Below the pieces are notes generated by a model. It saw nothing but the letters and a program-made list of their open reading frames with translations. It was not told where the DNA came from and did not search any database. A program made the position numbers and the translations under genes. This document shows positions 1 to 9,155 of a stretch of 32,316 bases of DNA, piece by piece. How positions within the stretch are numbered: the first letter of the stretch is position 1; the number at the start of each line of letters is the position of its first letter. The stretch covers positions 1 through 32,316 of the forward strand of contig JAZDIZ010000059.1 in assembly GCA_043804515.1 (NCBI GenBank). Reading direction: 5' to 3'. The stretch is from Pseudomonadota bacterium (GTDB lineage Bacteria > Bdellovibrionota_G > JALEGL01 > DATDPG01).

Positions 1-228
1 GCCGTTTCCGCACATCTCGGTTTCGACGCCGTCGCGTTCGAAAATCCTCAACCGGGCGTCCGCCGTGGACGAAGGAAGAACGATCAAAAGCTGGTCACCT
101 CCGATTCCGAAGCGGCGATCCAAGAGCTTGGGCGCGGTCTCCTTCCAGTTCATCTCCGGAATGCCTCGGGCGTCGATGACCACGAAGTCGTTGCCCAAAC
201 CGTGCATTTTGGTGAAGCGGATTTTCAT
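1..228 (-). CDS. dapF: diaminopimelate epimerase, N-terminal part (runs off window)
   Basis: Manual translation from ATG 228: MKIRFTKMHGLGNDFVVID...DRRFGIGGDQLL...EMCGNG (DapF signature motifs); ATGA overlap with lysA stop; absent from ORF track. Confidence 0.95.
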   Translation of the reverse strand, partial: MKIRFTKMHGLGNDFVVIDARGIPEMNWKETAPKLLDRRFGIGGDQLLIVLPSSTADARLRIFERDGVETEMCGNG

Positions 229-1490
229 GGGGACCCTTTAAGCCAATCCGGGATGTTCTCACCCCGGATCAGATCGTCAAACGATTCTCGTGCGCGCACC
301 AGGTCCACCTGGCTCCCCCGCACGAGAATCTCCGCAGGGCGCGGCCTGGCGTTATACTGGGAAGCCATGGAGAAACCGTAAGCCCCGGCCGTGCGGACGC
401 ACAACAGATCGCCTTCTTCCGGCTCCTGAATCCGGCGGGCCTTTCCCAGGAAGTCGGAGGTTTCGCAGACCGGACCCACGATGTCGGCGAGAATCGCGGG
501 GCGGTTTGTCTTTGTTACCGGCACGATCTCGTGCTCGGCGCCATAAAGCGAAGGCCGGATCAGATCGTTCATGGCCGCGTCGACGATCACGAACGTCTTG
601 GCCTCGTTCCGCTTCAGATGCAGCACGCGGGTCAAGAGAACGCCTGTGTTGGCGACCATGGCCCTCCCCGGCTCGATGATGACCCGGAGCTTTTCGCCTT
701 TCAACAGTCCGGCAATCGCGGACGCGTACTCCTCGGGAGACGGCGGCGTCTCGTGCGTGTACGTCACGCCGAGACCCCCGCCGAAATCCAAGATTTCGAT
801 CGGGATCCCCTTCGAGCGCAGGTCGTGGATGAAATCCAGAGCGATTTTGAGCGCATCCAGGAAGGGCGTGAGCTCGGTGATCTGGGACCCGATGTGGAGA
901 GCGAGGCCGACGGGATCCAGATGGGGATCCTGTTGGGCCTCACGAAAGAGCTCCAGGATCTCCTGCCTTGGAAGGCCGAACTTGTTTTCTTTGAGGCCTG
1001 TGGCGATGTACGGGTGCGTCTTGGAATCCACGTCGGGGTTTAATCGCATGGCCACCGGAGCCTTCAGGTCCATGGCCTTCGCCACCCGGGAGATCGTCCT
1101 AAGCTCCCCGGCCGACTCCACGTTTAAGAAAAGGATTTTCGTCCGGAGGGCATATTCGATCTCGGCGAGCGACTTTCCCACGCCTGAAAAGACGATTTTC
1201 CGGGGCGAAAACCCCGCTTCGAGGCAACGAAAGAGCTCCCCTCCCGACGCGACGTCCGCGCCGCCGCCCCAGTTGGCGACGGCGCGCAGAACCGCAAGAT
1301 TGCCGTTCGCCTTGACGGCGTAGCAGATCAAGGAATTCAGCGACCGGAACGCGCCTTCGAACGCCCGATAATGCCGCTCCAGCGTAGCGTAGCTGTACAC
1401 ATAGAGAGGGGTTCCGAACTCGCGGGCCAGCTCGGCAAGCGGGAGTTCCTCGCAATGGAGTCCCGGGCCCCGGTACTGGAAATGATCCAT
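225..1490 (-). CDS. lysA: diaminopimelate decarboxylase
   Basis: FGTPLYVY, YAVKAN (PLP lysine), HIGSQ, EPGR, GPVCETSD, GAYGFSMASQYN; start trimmed to MDHFQY. Confidence 0.96.
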   Translation of the reverse strand: MDHFQYRGPGLHCEELPLAELAREFGTPLYVYSYATLERHYRAFEGAFRSLNSLICYAVKANGNLAVLRAVANWGGGADVASGGELFRCLEAGFSPRKIVFSGVGKSLAEIEYALRTKILFLNVESAGELRTISRVAKAMDLKAPVAMRLNPDVDSKTHPYIATGLKENKFGLPRQEILELFREAQQDPHLDPVGLALHIGSQITELTPFLDALKIALDFIHDLRSKGIPIEILDFGGGLGVTYTHETPPSPEEYASAIAGLLKGEKLRVIIEPGRAMVANTGVLLTRVLHLKRNEAKTFVIVDAAMNDLIRPSLYGAEHEIVPVTKTNRPAILADIVGPVCETSDFLGKARRIQEPEEGDLLCVRTAGAYGFSMASQYNARPRPAEILVRGSQVDLVRARESFDDLIRGENIPDWLKGSP

Positions 1491-1624
1491 GAGCCGCGGA
1501 TGGTAGCCCGATCCGCGGCCGAAGGAAACCACCTCCTCACTGCCGCGGGAGGGCGGCTGACTGCCCGCGCGGGCGCTTTGACGATTTGCCAAAGCCCCCA
1601 AAGAGGGGTACGAATCCCGCCCTT

Positions 1625-2920
1625 ATGGAACACCCCCTCAAAACCAAAATCGACCGGCGCGAAGCCAAAATAGGTATCATGGGCCTGGGGTACGTCGGCC
1701 TCCCGTTGGCCGTGGATCTGGCCAAGGCGGGCTTCGAGGTCACCGGCTTCGAGGTGTCGGAAAAACGTGTTCGGGACATCAACCAATCGAAATCGTACGT
1801 CGAGGACATCTCGGACGAGGCTTTAAGAAGCGTCTGTTCCAAGCTGAAGGCCACGACGGATTTCTCACTTCTTCGGAAAATGGACGCCGTAAGCATCTGC
1901 GTCCCAACTCCTCTTGGAAAGACGAAAGACCCGGACATTTCGTTCGTTCTCAATACGCGGGATCGAATCAAGGAGAACATCCATCCCGACATGTTGGTCA
2001 TTCTGGAATCCACAACGTATCCGGGGACGACCGAAGAAATCTTTCTCCCTATGATCGAGGAAGCGGGTCTTGAGGTCGGCAAGAACTTCTTTCTGGTTTT
2101 CAGCCCGGAGCGAATCGATCCGGGTAACAAGACCTTCCAGGTGAAGAACACGCCCAAAGTGATCGGCGGAATCACCCCGACCTGCACCGAGATGGCGAGG
2201 GCGCTCTACAGCGCGGCCATCGACACGTTGGTGCCGGTGGGATCCACGGGCGTGGCCGAAATGGTGAAGCTCCTGGAGAACACGTACCGCGCCGTGAACA
2301 TCGGCCTGGTGAACGAGGTGGCCATTATGTGCCGCGTGCTCGGAATCGACACGTGGGAGGTCATCGATGCGGCCGCCACAAAACCGTTCGGCTTCACCCC
2401 CTTCTATCCGGGGCCGGGGCTTGGGGGGCACTGCATCCCGATCGACCCTCTTTACCTTTCCTGGAAGCTCAAGACGCTGAACTATACGGCCCGGTTCATC
2501 GAGCTGGCGGCCGAAGTGAACACCAGCATGCCCCACCACGTGGTCACGCTGATCGTGGATCGATTGAACGACTTCCAGAGGAGCGTGAAAGGTTCCAAAA
2601 TCCTCCTCCTGGGAATGGCGTACAAACCGGACATCTCCGATCAGAGGGAATCCCCTTCCTTGGACGTGTTCAAGCTCTTGGCCGAACGCGGGGCGCTGGT
2701 GGAATACAACGATCCCTTCATTCCAGAGATCAAGATGGACGGTGAAGTTTACCGCTCCGTCGAATTGACGCCGGGAGCACTCGCGCGCCAGGATCTCGTG
2801 GTGATCACGACGAACCATGCCGTGTACGACATCGGCATGATCGTCGAGAACGCCAAAGCGATCGTGGACAGCAGGAACGCCACCAAGGGAATTAAGTCGC
2901 CGAAGATCGTCCGGCTCTAA
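1625..2920 (+). CDS. nucleotide-sugar 6-dehydrogenase (UDP-GlcNAc/UDP-ManNAc dehydrogenase, WbpA/WecC family)
   Basis: GLGYVGLP Rossmann, ICVPTP, LESTTYPGTT, FSPERIDPGN, catalytic GGHCIPIDP. Confidence 0.9.
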   Translation: MEHPLKTKIDRREAKIGIMGLGYVGLPLAVDLAKAGFEVTGFEVSEKRVRDINQSKSYVEDISDEALRSVCSKLKATTDFSLLRKMDAVSICVPTPLGKTKDPDISFVLNTRDRIKENIHPDMLVILESTTYPGTTEEIFLPMIEEAGLEVGKNFFLVFSPERIDPGNKTFQVKNTPKVIGGITPTCTEMARALYSAAIDTLVPVGSTGVAEMVKLLENTYRAVNIGLVNEVAIMCRVLGIDTWEVIDAAATKPFGFTPFYPGPGLGGHCIPIDPLYLSWKLKTLNYTARFIELAAEVNTSMPHHVVTLIVDRLNDFQRSVKGSKILLLGMAYKPDISDQRESPSLDVFKLLAERGALVEYNDPFIPEIKMDGEVYRSVELTPGALARQDLVVITTNHAVYDIGMIVENAKAIVDSRNATKGIKSPKIVRL

Positions 2921-2956
2921 ACTTCCATCCGAATAATCGACGAGTACCGGTGCGCG

Positions 2957-3079
2957 AGGCGGGTTGGGCCGTTGCCTGCGCTCCGTGGCTCGGATCGCAT
3001 CATGGGGGGGCACCCTTAAGGGCGTCCCCCTCAGCGCGATCCTGCGCTTACCTTCGCTCCGGCAACGGCCCCCCCGCCT
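2957..3079 (+). repeat. intergenic long hairpin repeat (copy A) containing GGGGG-CACCC inner hairpin
   Basis: Outer arms 2957-2976/3061-3079 complementary; 19-nt CGCTCCGTGGCTCGGATCG identical to reverse complement of 7566-7584. Confidence 0.8.
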
Positions 3080-3310
3080 GAATTCCCTTGAAGCGCGTGA
3101 ATTCTCCGGCGGAGCATGAAGAACGCACACGATCTACGCCTGGGGATAGGAAGAAGGAAGGTGAACCGGCCTTTGCCCGGGATATCGACCGGTCTAGACC
3201 CTGGGCGTCACTGCCCGTTGCGCTTCCTCCAAGGGCTAAACGCCGGGAACCTTTGCGCCCGAAACGTGGCGGAAAAAGGGCCGGTGGAGCTATACTGGCC
3301 GTTCCTCGCT

Positions 3311-5455
3311 ATGGTGTCTTTAAACGCACTTACGGATGCGGTTAAAAAGGGCAATCCGCAAGCTGATCTGAATCTGATCGGGAAAGCCTATGCTTTCTCT
3401 GAAAAGGCCCACACGGGCCAAAAGCGCAAATCAGGCGAACCGTACTTCAGCCACCCCACCGAAGTGGCCCTCATTCTGGCCAGGCACGGGATGGACTTGG
3501 AAAGCGTGGTCACGGGCCTTCTGCACGACGTCGTGGAGGACACACTGGTGTCGCTTCCGGAAGTCGAGAAGGAGTTCGGCCCCGGCGTCGCTCATCTGGT
3601 GGACGGAGTCACGAAGCTGTCGAAAGTGTCCTTCGCGTCCAAAGACGTTCGGCAGGCCGAGAGCTTTCGAAAGATGCTCCTTGCGATGGCGGCGGATATC
3701 CGGGTGATCATCGTGAAGCTGGCCGACCGGCTCCACAACATGCGGACGCTGGAACCCATGGAAGAGATGCGCCAGATCGCGATCGCCAAGGAAACGCTCG
3801 AAATCTACGCCCCCCTAGCGAACCGGATGGGCATCGGATGGCTTAAAGCTGAACTTGAAGACCTGTCCCTTAAGTATTTAAAACACAATGTGTTTATAAA
3901 ACTTGAAGAACAATTAAAGGCGACGGCGCCGCAACGGGATCAATACATCTCCCGGGTGATCCGATTGATCGGCGATAAGATGCAAGCCGAGAACATCCCC
4001 CCGGAGGTCACGGGCCGGGTCAAACACCTTTATTCGATCTTCAGAAAGATGGAGACAAGGAGCCTCGACTTCGAACAAGTCGCAGACGTCCTGGCTTTTC
4101 GGATCATCGTGAACGACCTTTCTCAGTGTTACGAGGCTCTCGGCCATATCCACTCTCTGTGGAAACCCGTTCCGGGGCGCTTCAAGGACTACATCGCCCT
4201 TCCGAAAGGGAATATGTACCAGTCGCTTCACACGACCGTGATCGGCCCCGAGGGGAGGCGCATCGAGATCCAAATCCGCACGCGCCAGATGCATCTGATG
4301 GCCGAGGAGGGAGTGGCTTCCCACTGGCTCTATAAAGACGGGGAGCTCAAGAACAAATCGGATTTCGATCGGTTCCGCTGGCTCCGGCATCTGGTGGAAT
4401 GGCAGCAGGATCTGAAGGACTCCCACGAGTTCATCGAAACCGTGAAGATCGACCTTTTTGCCGACGAGGTTTACGTCTTCACGCCCAAGGGCGAGGTTTA
4501 CGAATTCCCCCGGGGAAGCACGCCGATCGACTTCGCGTACCGGATCCACTCGGAAGTGGGACACCATTGCACCAGGGCCAAAGTGAACGGGAGGATCGTC
4601 CCACTCAAGTACCGTCTGCAAAACGGCGACACGGTGGAGATCATCACGTCGGACATGGCCAAACCCACGAAGGACTGGCTCAAGCTCGTCGTGACGTCGA
4701 AAGCCAAGTCCAAGATCCGGGGTGTCATCAAGAAGGAAGAGCGCGAGACGGGGCGAGCCGTGGGCCACGGGTTCTTGGACCGAGAACTCAAGAAATACGG
4801 GGAGACCTACGATCGGGTTCACAAGACGGGACGCCTCGGCAAGATCGCGGAGGAACTCGGATACGACAGTCTGGACGATCTGCTTCTGGCCGTCGGCTAC
4901 GGGAAGCTCACGACGAGCGACGTTCTGAGCCAGCTTCTACCGGCGGAGAAACTGGACCATCGGCAGGCGCCGGGAACGATCCGGTCGATCGTTTCTCGCG
5001 TGCTGCCCAGGAAGTTTTCGCCCATCAAGGTGGGAGGGATCGGGGACGTGATGGTCCGGTACGGGAAATGCTGCGACCCTCTCCCGGGGGACGCGATCCT
5101 CGGATTCGTTACCCGCGGGCGCGGCGTCACCGTGCACCGGACGGATTGTTACAAGATCCTCGAGGTGGACAGCGCGCGGAAAATCGATGTGGAGTGGGAC
5201 AAGACCGGCAAGGCGGTGCGCAGCGTCCGGATCAAGGTGGTGTCTCTGAATGCGCCGGGGATCCTGGCCGACATCTCCAAGGCGATCACGCAGAAGGGGG
5301 GAAACATCTCCCACGCGTCGATCCAGACCACGTTCGACCGCAAGGCCATCAACACGTTCGACGTGGAAGTCACCGACACGTCCCAGCTCCATTCCCTGAT
5401 GCGTTCGATCGAGAAGATCCGGGGGATCATCTCCGTGGAACGCGTTAAGGCGTAA
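3311..5455 (+). CDS. relA: bifunctional (p)ppGpp synthetase/hydrolase (long RSH, Rel/SpoT)
   Basis: HD hydrolase motif LHDVVEDT intact, synthetase RFKDYIALPK/YQSLHT, TGS (TPIDFAYRIHSEVG), CC zinc region (KCCDPLPGD), C-terminal ACT; start trimmed to ATG 3311. Confidence 0.95.
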   Translation: MVSLNALTDAVKKGNPQADLNLIGKAYAFSEKAHTGQKRKSGEPYFSHPTEVALILARHGMDLESVVTGLLHDVVEDTLVSLPEVEKEFGPGVAHLVDGVTKLSKVSFASKDVRQAESFRKMLLAMAADIRVIIVKLADRLHNMRTLEPMEEMRQIAIAKETLEIYAPLANRMGIGWLKAELEDLSLKYLKHNVFIKLEEQLKATAPQRDQYISRVIRLIGDKMQAENIPPEVTGRVKHLYSIFRKMETRSLDFEQVADVLAFRIIVNDLSQCYEALGHIHSLWKPVPGRFKDYIALPKGNMYQSLHTTVIGPEGRRIEIQIRTRQMHLMAEEGVASHWLYKDGELKNKSDFDRFRWLRHLVEWQQDLKDSHEFIETVKIDLFADEVYVFTPKGEVYEFPRGSTPIDFAYRIHSEVGHHCTRAKVNGRIVPLKYRLQNGDTVEIITSDMAKPTKDWLKLVVTSKAKSKIRGVIKKEERETGRAVGHGFLDRELKKYGETYDRVHKTGRLGKIAEELGYDSLDDLLLAVGYGKLTTSDVLSQLLPAEKLDHRQAPGTIRSIVSRVLPRKFSPIKVGGIGDVMVRYGKCCDPLPGDAILGFVTRGRGVTVHRTDCYKILEVDSARKIDVEWDKTGKAVRSVRIKVVSLNAPGILADISKAITQKGGNISHASIQTTFDRKAINTFDVEVTDTSQLHSLMRSIEKIRGIISVERVKA

Positions 5456-5482
5456 CCCCTTGGCCCGCAGGCGCCCCCTCTC

Positions 5483-5896
5483 TTACGCGCACTTGAGCAT
5501 CAGATAATGAGTCGGATTCACGGCCGCAAGGAGTTGCTCGAGCTTCTTGAGCGTGGGTCGTGCACGCCCGTATTCATAGACACCGTATGCGTTCGGGGAA
5601 TCGGACCCGAGCCTTTTTGACGCTTCCGAGACCGTGAGGTTGGCCTTTTGACGCTGTTTCTTCAGGAACAGGGGAATCAACGCGTCCGTGTCGTCCGAGA
5701 GAATGAGGAAGGCGTTGCCCGAACCCTTGACGAGCTTCAATTTCAGGCCGGCTTTTCCGCAAGCATCGACCACCACGCTTCTGGCCATCCTATACGCTTC
5801 TGTTTTCGTACGACCCTGAGTCATCAAGTGCAGGTCCGGGATTTCCACGACCCAAAACTTTCCGTCCCGCGAAAGATGACCCTCAAATGCAAGCAC
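5483..5896 (-). CDS. hicB: HicB-like antitoxin with C-terminal Xre-type HTH
   Basis: N-terminal WVVEIPDL..TQGRT..EA..MA HicB pattern; C-terminal HTH (QRQKANLTVSEASKRLG...YEYGRARPTLKKL); SD GGAGGTGA upstream; downstream of hicA. Confidence 0.8.
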   Translation of the reverse strand: MLAFEGHLSRDGKFWVVEIPDLHLMTQGRTKTEAYRMARSVVVDACGKAGLKLKLVKGSGNAFLILSDDTDALIPLFLKKQRQKANLTVSEASKRLGSDSPNAYGVYEYGRARPTLKKLEQLLAAVNPTHYLMLKCA

Positions 5897-5916
5897 ACTT
5901 CACCTCCCAAGGAACA

Positions 5917-5945
5917 AGTATACAAAGATATTTGTAAGACCTCAA
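5917..5945 (-). promoter_or_regulatory. putative sigma70 promoter for hicB with palindromic operator
   Basis: Minus strand TTGAGG-17 nt-TATACT; inverted repeat TACAAA-N4-TTTGTA at 5921-5936 covers the spacer. Confidence 0.55.
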
Positions 5946-6136
5946 GGCCTCCTCGCTCCGGGGTTTTGTTCGGCGATCCGGAGGATTCCAAACCGGGCCA
6001 GTTTTTCGCTGATTTCGGAATGCCGCGGAACTTCGACCTGTTCGACCCCGTTCGTCCAGATATCGTGGTTGCCGCCGTGGCGGGCAAGAAACCATCCCAG
6101 CTTTCTCAGTCTGCGTTCAAGCTCCGTCCTCTTCAT
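5942..6136 (-). CDS. hicA: HicA family toxin (mRNA interferase)
   Basis: 64 aa, MKR.EL.R.L..LGW.L.RHGGNHDIW.N.....VPRH.EI pattern. Confidence 0.88.
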   Translation of the reverse strand: MKRTELERRLRKLGWFLARHGGNHDIWTNGVEQVEVPRHSEISEKLARFGILRIAEQNPGARRP

Positions 6137-6825
6137 CCCGATCCCTGCCGGGCCCGCCGAGCATCCGCAAAACTGAAATACCCCTCGCCTGCCAGGATCA
6201 CGTGGTCCAAAAACCTAAGGCCGATTAGTTTGGCCCCCTCCTCCAAACGGTTGGTCAGAATGCGATCCTCCGATGAAGGGGTCGGATCACCGCTGGGGTG
6301 ATTGTGGGCGCAGATGAACCCGTGGGCCTGGTGAGCAAGGGCCGCCGCAAAGACGTCTTTAGGTGAAAACGTCACGGCATCGGACGTTCCCCGGGCGATC
6401 TCCTCGACAGCCAGCGGCCGATTCTTCACATCCACCGGAATCGTGAGAAACGATTCCCGAGGAAGGCCCGCCAGGCGGGGAGAGACCAAATCCACGACAT
6501 GCCGGCTCGTTCGAATGGCGCGGATCTCGCTTCCACGTGCGGCCATGAAACGGCGCCCCAGTTCCAAGGACGCGAGAATCCGGGCCCGGGCGGTGTCTCC
6601 AATGCCGGGAAGCCCCCGGACATCGAAACCCGGGCCCCAACGGCAGGCCAACGCTTGAGACAAAGTAAAAAGAGGCCGGCCGCGATGGCCGTGGCCTAGG
6701 ATGACGGCGAATAGTTCGGAGAGGGAAAGGGATTCCGGTCCCAGGGCCAGAATTCGTTCCCTGGGCCGTTCGGATTTCGGCCAGCAGTTCGGGCTTAGGC
6801 TTTCGGTTGAGTTTCCGGCGCTCAC
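6133..6825 (-). CDS. radC: RadC/JAB-domain protein
   Basis: ERPRER..LG...LS..EL N-terminus; [18 protein letters not shown] motif; FLDHVI; GTG start overlapping rpmB stop (GTGA) chosen over ORF-track start. Confidence 0.9.
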   Translation of the reverse strand: MSAGNSTESLSPNCWPKSERPRERILALGPESLSLSELFAVILGHGHRGRPLFTLSQALACRWGPGFDVRGLPGIGDTARARILASLELGRRFMAARGSEIRAIRTSRHVVDLVSPRLAGLPRESFLTIPVDVKNRPLAVEEIARGTSDAVTFSPKDVFAAALAHQAHGFICAHNHPSGDPTPSSEDRILTNRLEEGAKLIGLRFLDHVILAGEGYFSFADARRARQGSG

Positions 6826-7055
6826 GCACCGGTCTTCTTCACGGAACGTGCCGCAGCCGAGCCGTGAACGGTCTTTTGAACCTTGCCGCTCCGGATGCAC
6901 CGGGTGCAGAGACGCATGGTACGGACTACCCCGTTCACGTTGGCCCGGACGCTCTTTAAATTCGGCATCCAGCGCCGCTTGGTCTTATTGTTGGCGTGGG
7001 AGATGTTGTGCCCGGCCTGGGGCCTTTTTCCACAAAAATCACATACATGCGCCAT
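6822..7055 (-). CDS. rpmB: 50S ribosomal protein L28 (zinc-ribbon form)
   Basis: [29 protein letters not shown]...LCTRCIRSG. Confidence 0.96.
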   Translation of the reverse strand: MAHVCDFCGKRPQAGHNISHANNKTKRRWMPNLKSVRANVNGVVRTMRLCTRCIRSGKVQKTVHGSAAARSVKKTGA

Positions 7056-7246
7056 ATCGGTGTCCTTTAAAAATGGTCGCGTAATTAAGCACTTACGTGG
7101 ACCGAAATCAAGTGGTTTTTAGCCCCAAGTATGCCTGGATCGCGCCGAACCCAGATGGGACGGCTTTTGAGAGAGATGCCCGGTTTTGTGGACTTCGCGG
7201 CTGCCACGGGTGTGGTCATTTCTCCGCCCTAATCTCCTCAAAGAGC

Positions 7247-7432
7247 GGTGCGAGAAACCGAGTTCCGGTGACTGTCCTGCAAAGGACGCCCCCAAATTCG
7301 GTTACGCCCGAATTTGAGCGCTCGGCTGCTCGCTCGCGATAAGGGGGACACCCATCCTGAGTGTCCCCATCATGTCGGCTCGCTGCGCACGCCTTTGCAG
7401 GCCAGCCCCCGGCCCTCGATTTCGTTACCACC
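7247..7432. repeat. long imperfect inverted-repeat element (MITE/REP-like) with nested hairpins
   Basis: 7247-7285 pairs imperfectly with 7392-7432 (CCTGCAAAGG/CCTTTGCAGG exact); inner hairpins 7293-7316 and GGGGACAC..GTGTCCCC 7344-7368. Confidence 0.7.
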
Positions 7433-7503
7433 CGAACTGCCGAAAACAAGGATAGGTCCATCAGGTTCACTAACGAGCAGAACTGTAAGCGTGGCGTGCT
7501 TGT

Positions 7504-7604
7504 GGCGGGGCCGAACGGGGCCGGAGCGGAGGTTAGGCGCAGGATCGCCGTGTAATCGCGTGAAACGATCCGAGCCACGGAGCGAAGGCCCGGTTGGCCC
7601 CGGC
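7504..7604 (-). repeat. intergenic hairpin repeat (copy B), same family as 2957-3079 but lacking the inner module
   Basis: Reverse complement shares CGCTCCGTGGCTCGGATCG and GCGATCCTGCGC...CGCTCCGGC with copy A. Confidence 0.8.
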
Positions 7605-7669
7605 TTCAGGACTGGAAGGGCATTGTGAGTCTTGCTCCACTCTAGAAAGAAGAAGCTCGAACGGGTGGG

Positions 7670-9136
7670 TCAATCGGCGAGCTGTCGGTCCTCGTGGATC
7701 AGAGTCCCCGCGTAATGGGTGCACTGGAGGCCCGCGATCAGTTCCCCGTCCAATCCCAAGCCGGGAAAGACCACGTCTCCCGCCATGAACACGTTCTGAA
7801 ACGGCGTTTCCGGCGTCAGACCGGCGATCCCCAGATCCCTCGGTTTCTCACATTCGTAGACGAAGCCCTGGCTGAAATCCCCGGGCGACCCGTCCAACGG
7901 AGTCATGAAAACCGCAGATGGCTCCTCCAACAGGTGCTGCTCCAAAAAGGGCACGGCTTGGCGAACCCCCTCCCGGATCTCCTCCCGGACACGGGCCGGC
8001 TCAGGCTCGCCATCCAAGGACAGGAACGCGGTCAACCCGAACCAGATCTCCGGCGCTTTGCCCTCCTGGACCTTGCGCCGGACCGTATACCGGATCGCCC
8101 GCACGAATCGGCGACGTTCATTGCTTCCGTTGGGCACCGGAGGCGGGATGATCAGTCCCTGGGACTTCATGCCGATCGGAACACCCCCGGCCGAGAGCCG
8201 GTAGAGCTGGTACGCTTTTCGGAGTTTCACGGGGAGCTGATCCAGGAGCTTTCGCCACTGCTTCATCGGCTTCTCGTCCGGCGCCATCGCGATGAATCCG
8301 CGCGGGTTCCCGCCCACAATGACCGCCGTGCACCCTAATTCGGAAAACTCGGAACCCGTCAGGCCGAAAGCGGTCACCCTCCTCCGCTTGATGCGCACTT
8401 CGTGGATCTCGTCCGCATCGACCAGAACGCCGCCTCTCTCCTTGATCCGGTCCAGGAGCAGGTTTCGAATCGTCAACAGGCCGCCGGGCGCCGAGTAGCC
8501 CTCCCACCGTACCAGCGTGAGCAGATGAGCCAATTGCGCGCCGCACGTCCACGGGGAGAGAAGTTGAGTAAAAGAGAGCCTCATGGCCTCGATCGCACGG
8601 CCGAATTCGCCCCCGACCTCGAAGCTCTCCAGTTCCTTCTTGAGCAAACGGTCTTCCAGGAGAGCCACATCACAGACGCGGGTCAGCTCCTTTTTGAACT
8701 GCCTTCGGGCGAAGAAGCCCCGGGGAGGGAGAGGAACGCGGCTGTTGAGCAAATGCTGATAGATCTCGATGTGCCCGTAGCTTTCGCGGAAGAGCTGAAG
8801 GATCTTCTTCGAGGTCCCGGGAAATTCCCGGACCAGCTCGCGTTCAAACCTTCCCTCTTCCCCGTAACAATCGATCCGATGGTCGGCGAAAATGAGCTGC
8901 AGCGGGGCATCCAAAGGCGGTATCGCGTTGACCTCCGTGGGATGGAACCCCATCCTTTTGAGGACGGGCTTAAGCGCGAATCCGTTCAGGAACTCGCACA
9001 GGGCCGGGTCGAGATGCGACGTGAGCCTCTTTCTTAAGACCGCGACCTTGGCCTTGCGCTTTTGCAGCATGAGGCCCGCCACCAAGCCCCCCATGCCGTC
9101 TCCGAGCACCACCGCGTCAAATAGTCGCACTTTCAT
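7670..9136 (-). CDS. FAD-dependent oxidoreductase, phytoene desaturase (CrtI)-like fold
   Basis: N-terminal DAVVLGDGMGGLVAG Rossmann; C-terminal NVFMAGDVVFPGLG; start trimmed to MKVRLF with GGGAG SD. Confidence 0.7.
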   Translation of the reverse strand: MKVRLFDAVVLGDGMGGLVAGLMLQKRKAKVAVLRKRLTSHLDPALCEFLNGFALKPVLKRMGFHPTEVNAIPPLDAPLQLIFADHRIDCYGEEGRFERELVREFPGTSKKILQLFRESYGHIEIYQHLLNSRVPLPPRGFFARRQFKKELTRVCDVALLEDRLLKKELESFEVGGEFGRAIEAMRLSFTQLLSPWTCGAQLAHLLTLVRWEGYSAPGGLLTIRNLLLDRIKERGGVLVDADEIHEVRIKRRRVTAFGLTGSEFSELGCTAVIVGGNPRGFIAMAPDEKPMKQWRKLLDQLPVKLRKAYQLYRLSAGGVPIGMKSQGLIIPPPVPNGSNERRRFVRAIRYTVRRKVQEGKAPEIWFGLTAFLSLDGEPEPARVREEIREGVRQAVPFLEQHLLEEPSAVFMTPLDGSPGDFSQGFVYECEKPRDLGIAGLTPETPFQNVFMAGDVVFPGLGLDGELIAGLQCTHYAGTLIHEDRQLAD

Positions 9137-9155
9137 TTTCCAGCTCCCGACACCT

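Noticed and set aside
3116..3310. N-terminal extension of Rel, or rpoZ upstream
   Set aside because: Extension has no RSH similarity and no omega-like ORF is visible; ATG 3311 fits family length
6133..6825. radC as marker of a prophage, ICE or CBASS-type system
   Set aside because: Full-length chromosomal-type RadC beside rpmB; no integrase, cyclase or E1/E2 genes nearby
7467..7540. Possible integron attC site (CTAAC ... GTTAGGC)
   Set aside because: Intervening sequence does not form the attC stem, GTTAGGC belongs to hairpin copy B, and no integrase or cassette array is present
7097..7670. tRNA, tmRNA, 6S, SRP or RNase P RNA in the large intergenic gap
   Set aside because: No conserved motifs recognised; the structure is explained by two repeat elements. 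An Infernal/Rfam scan would settle it
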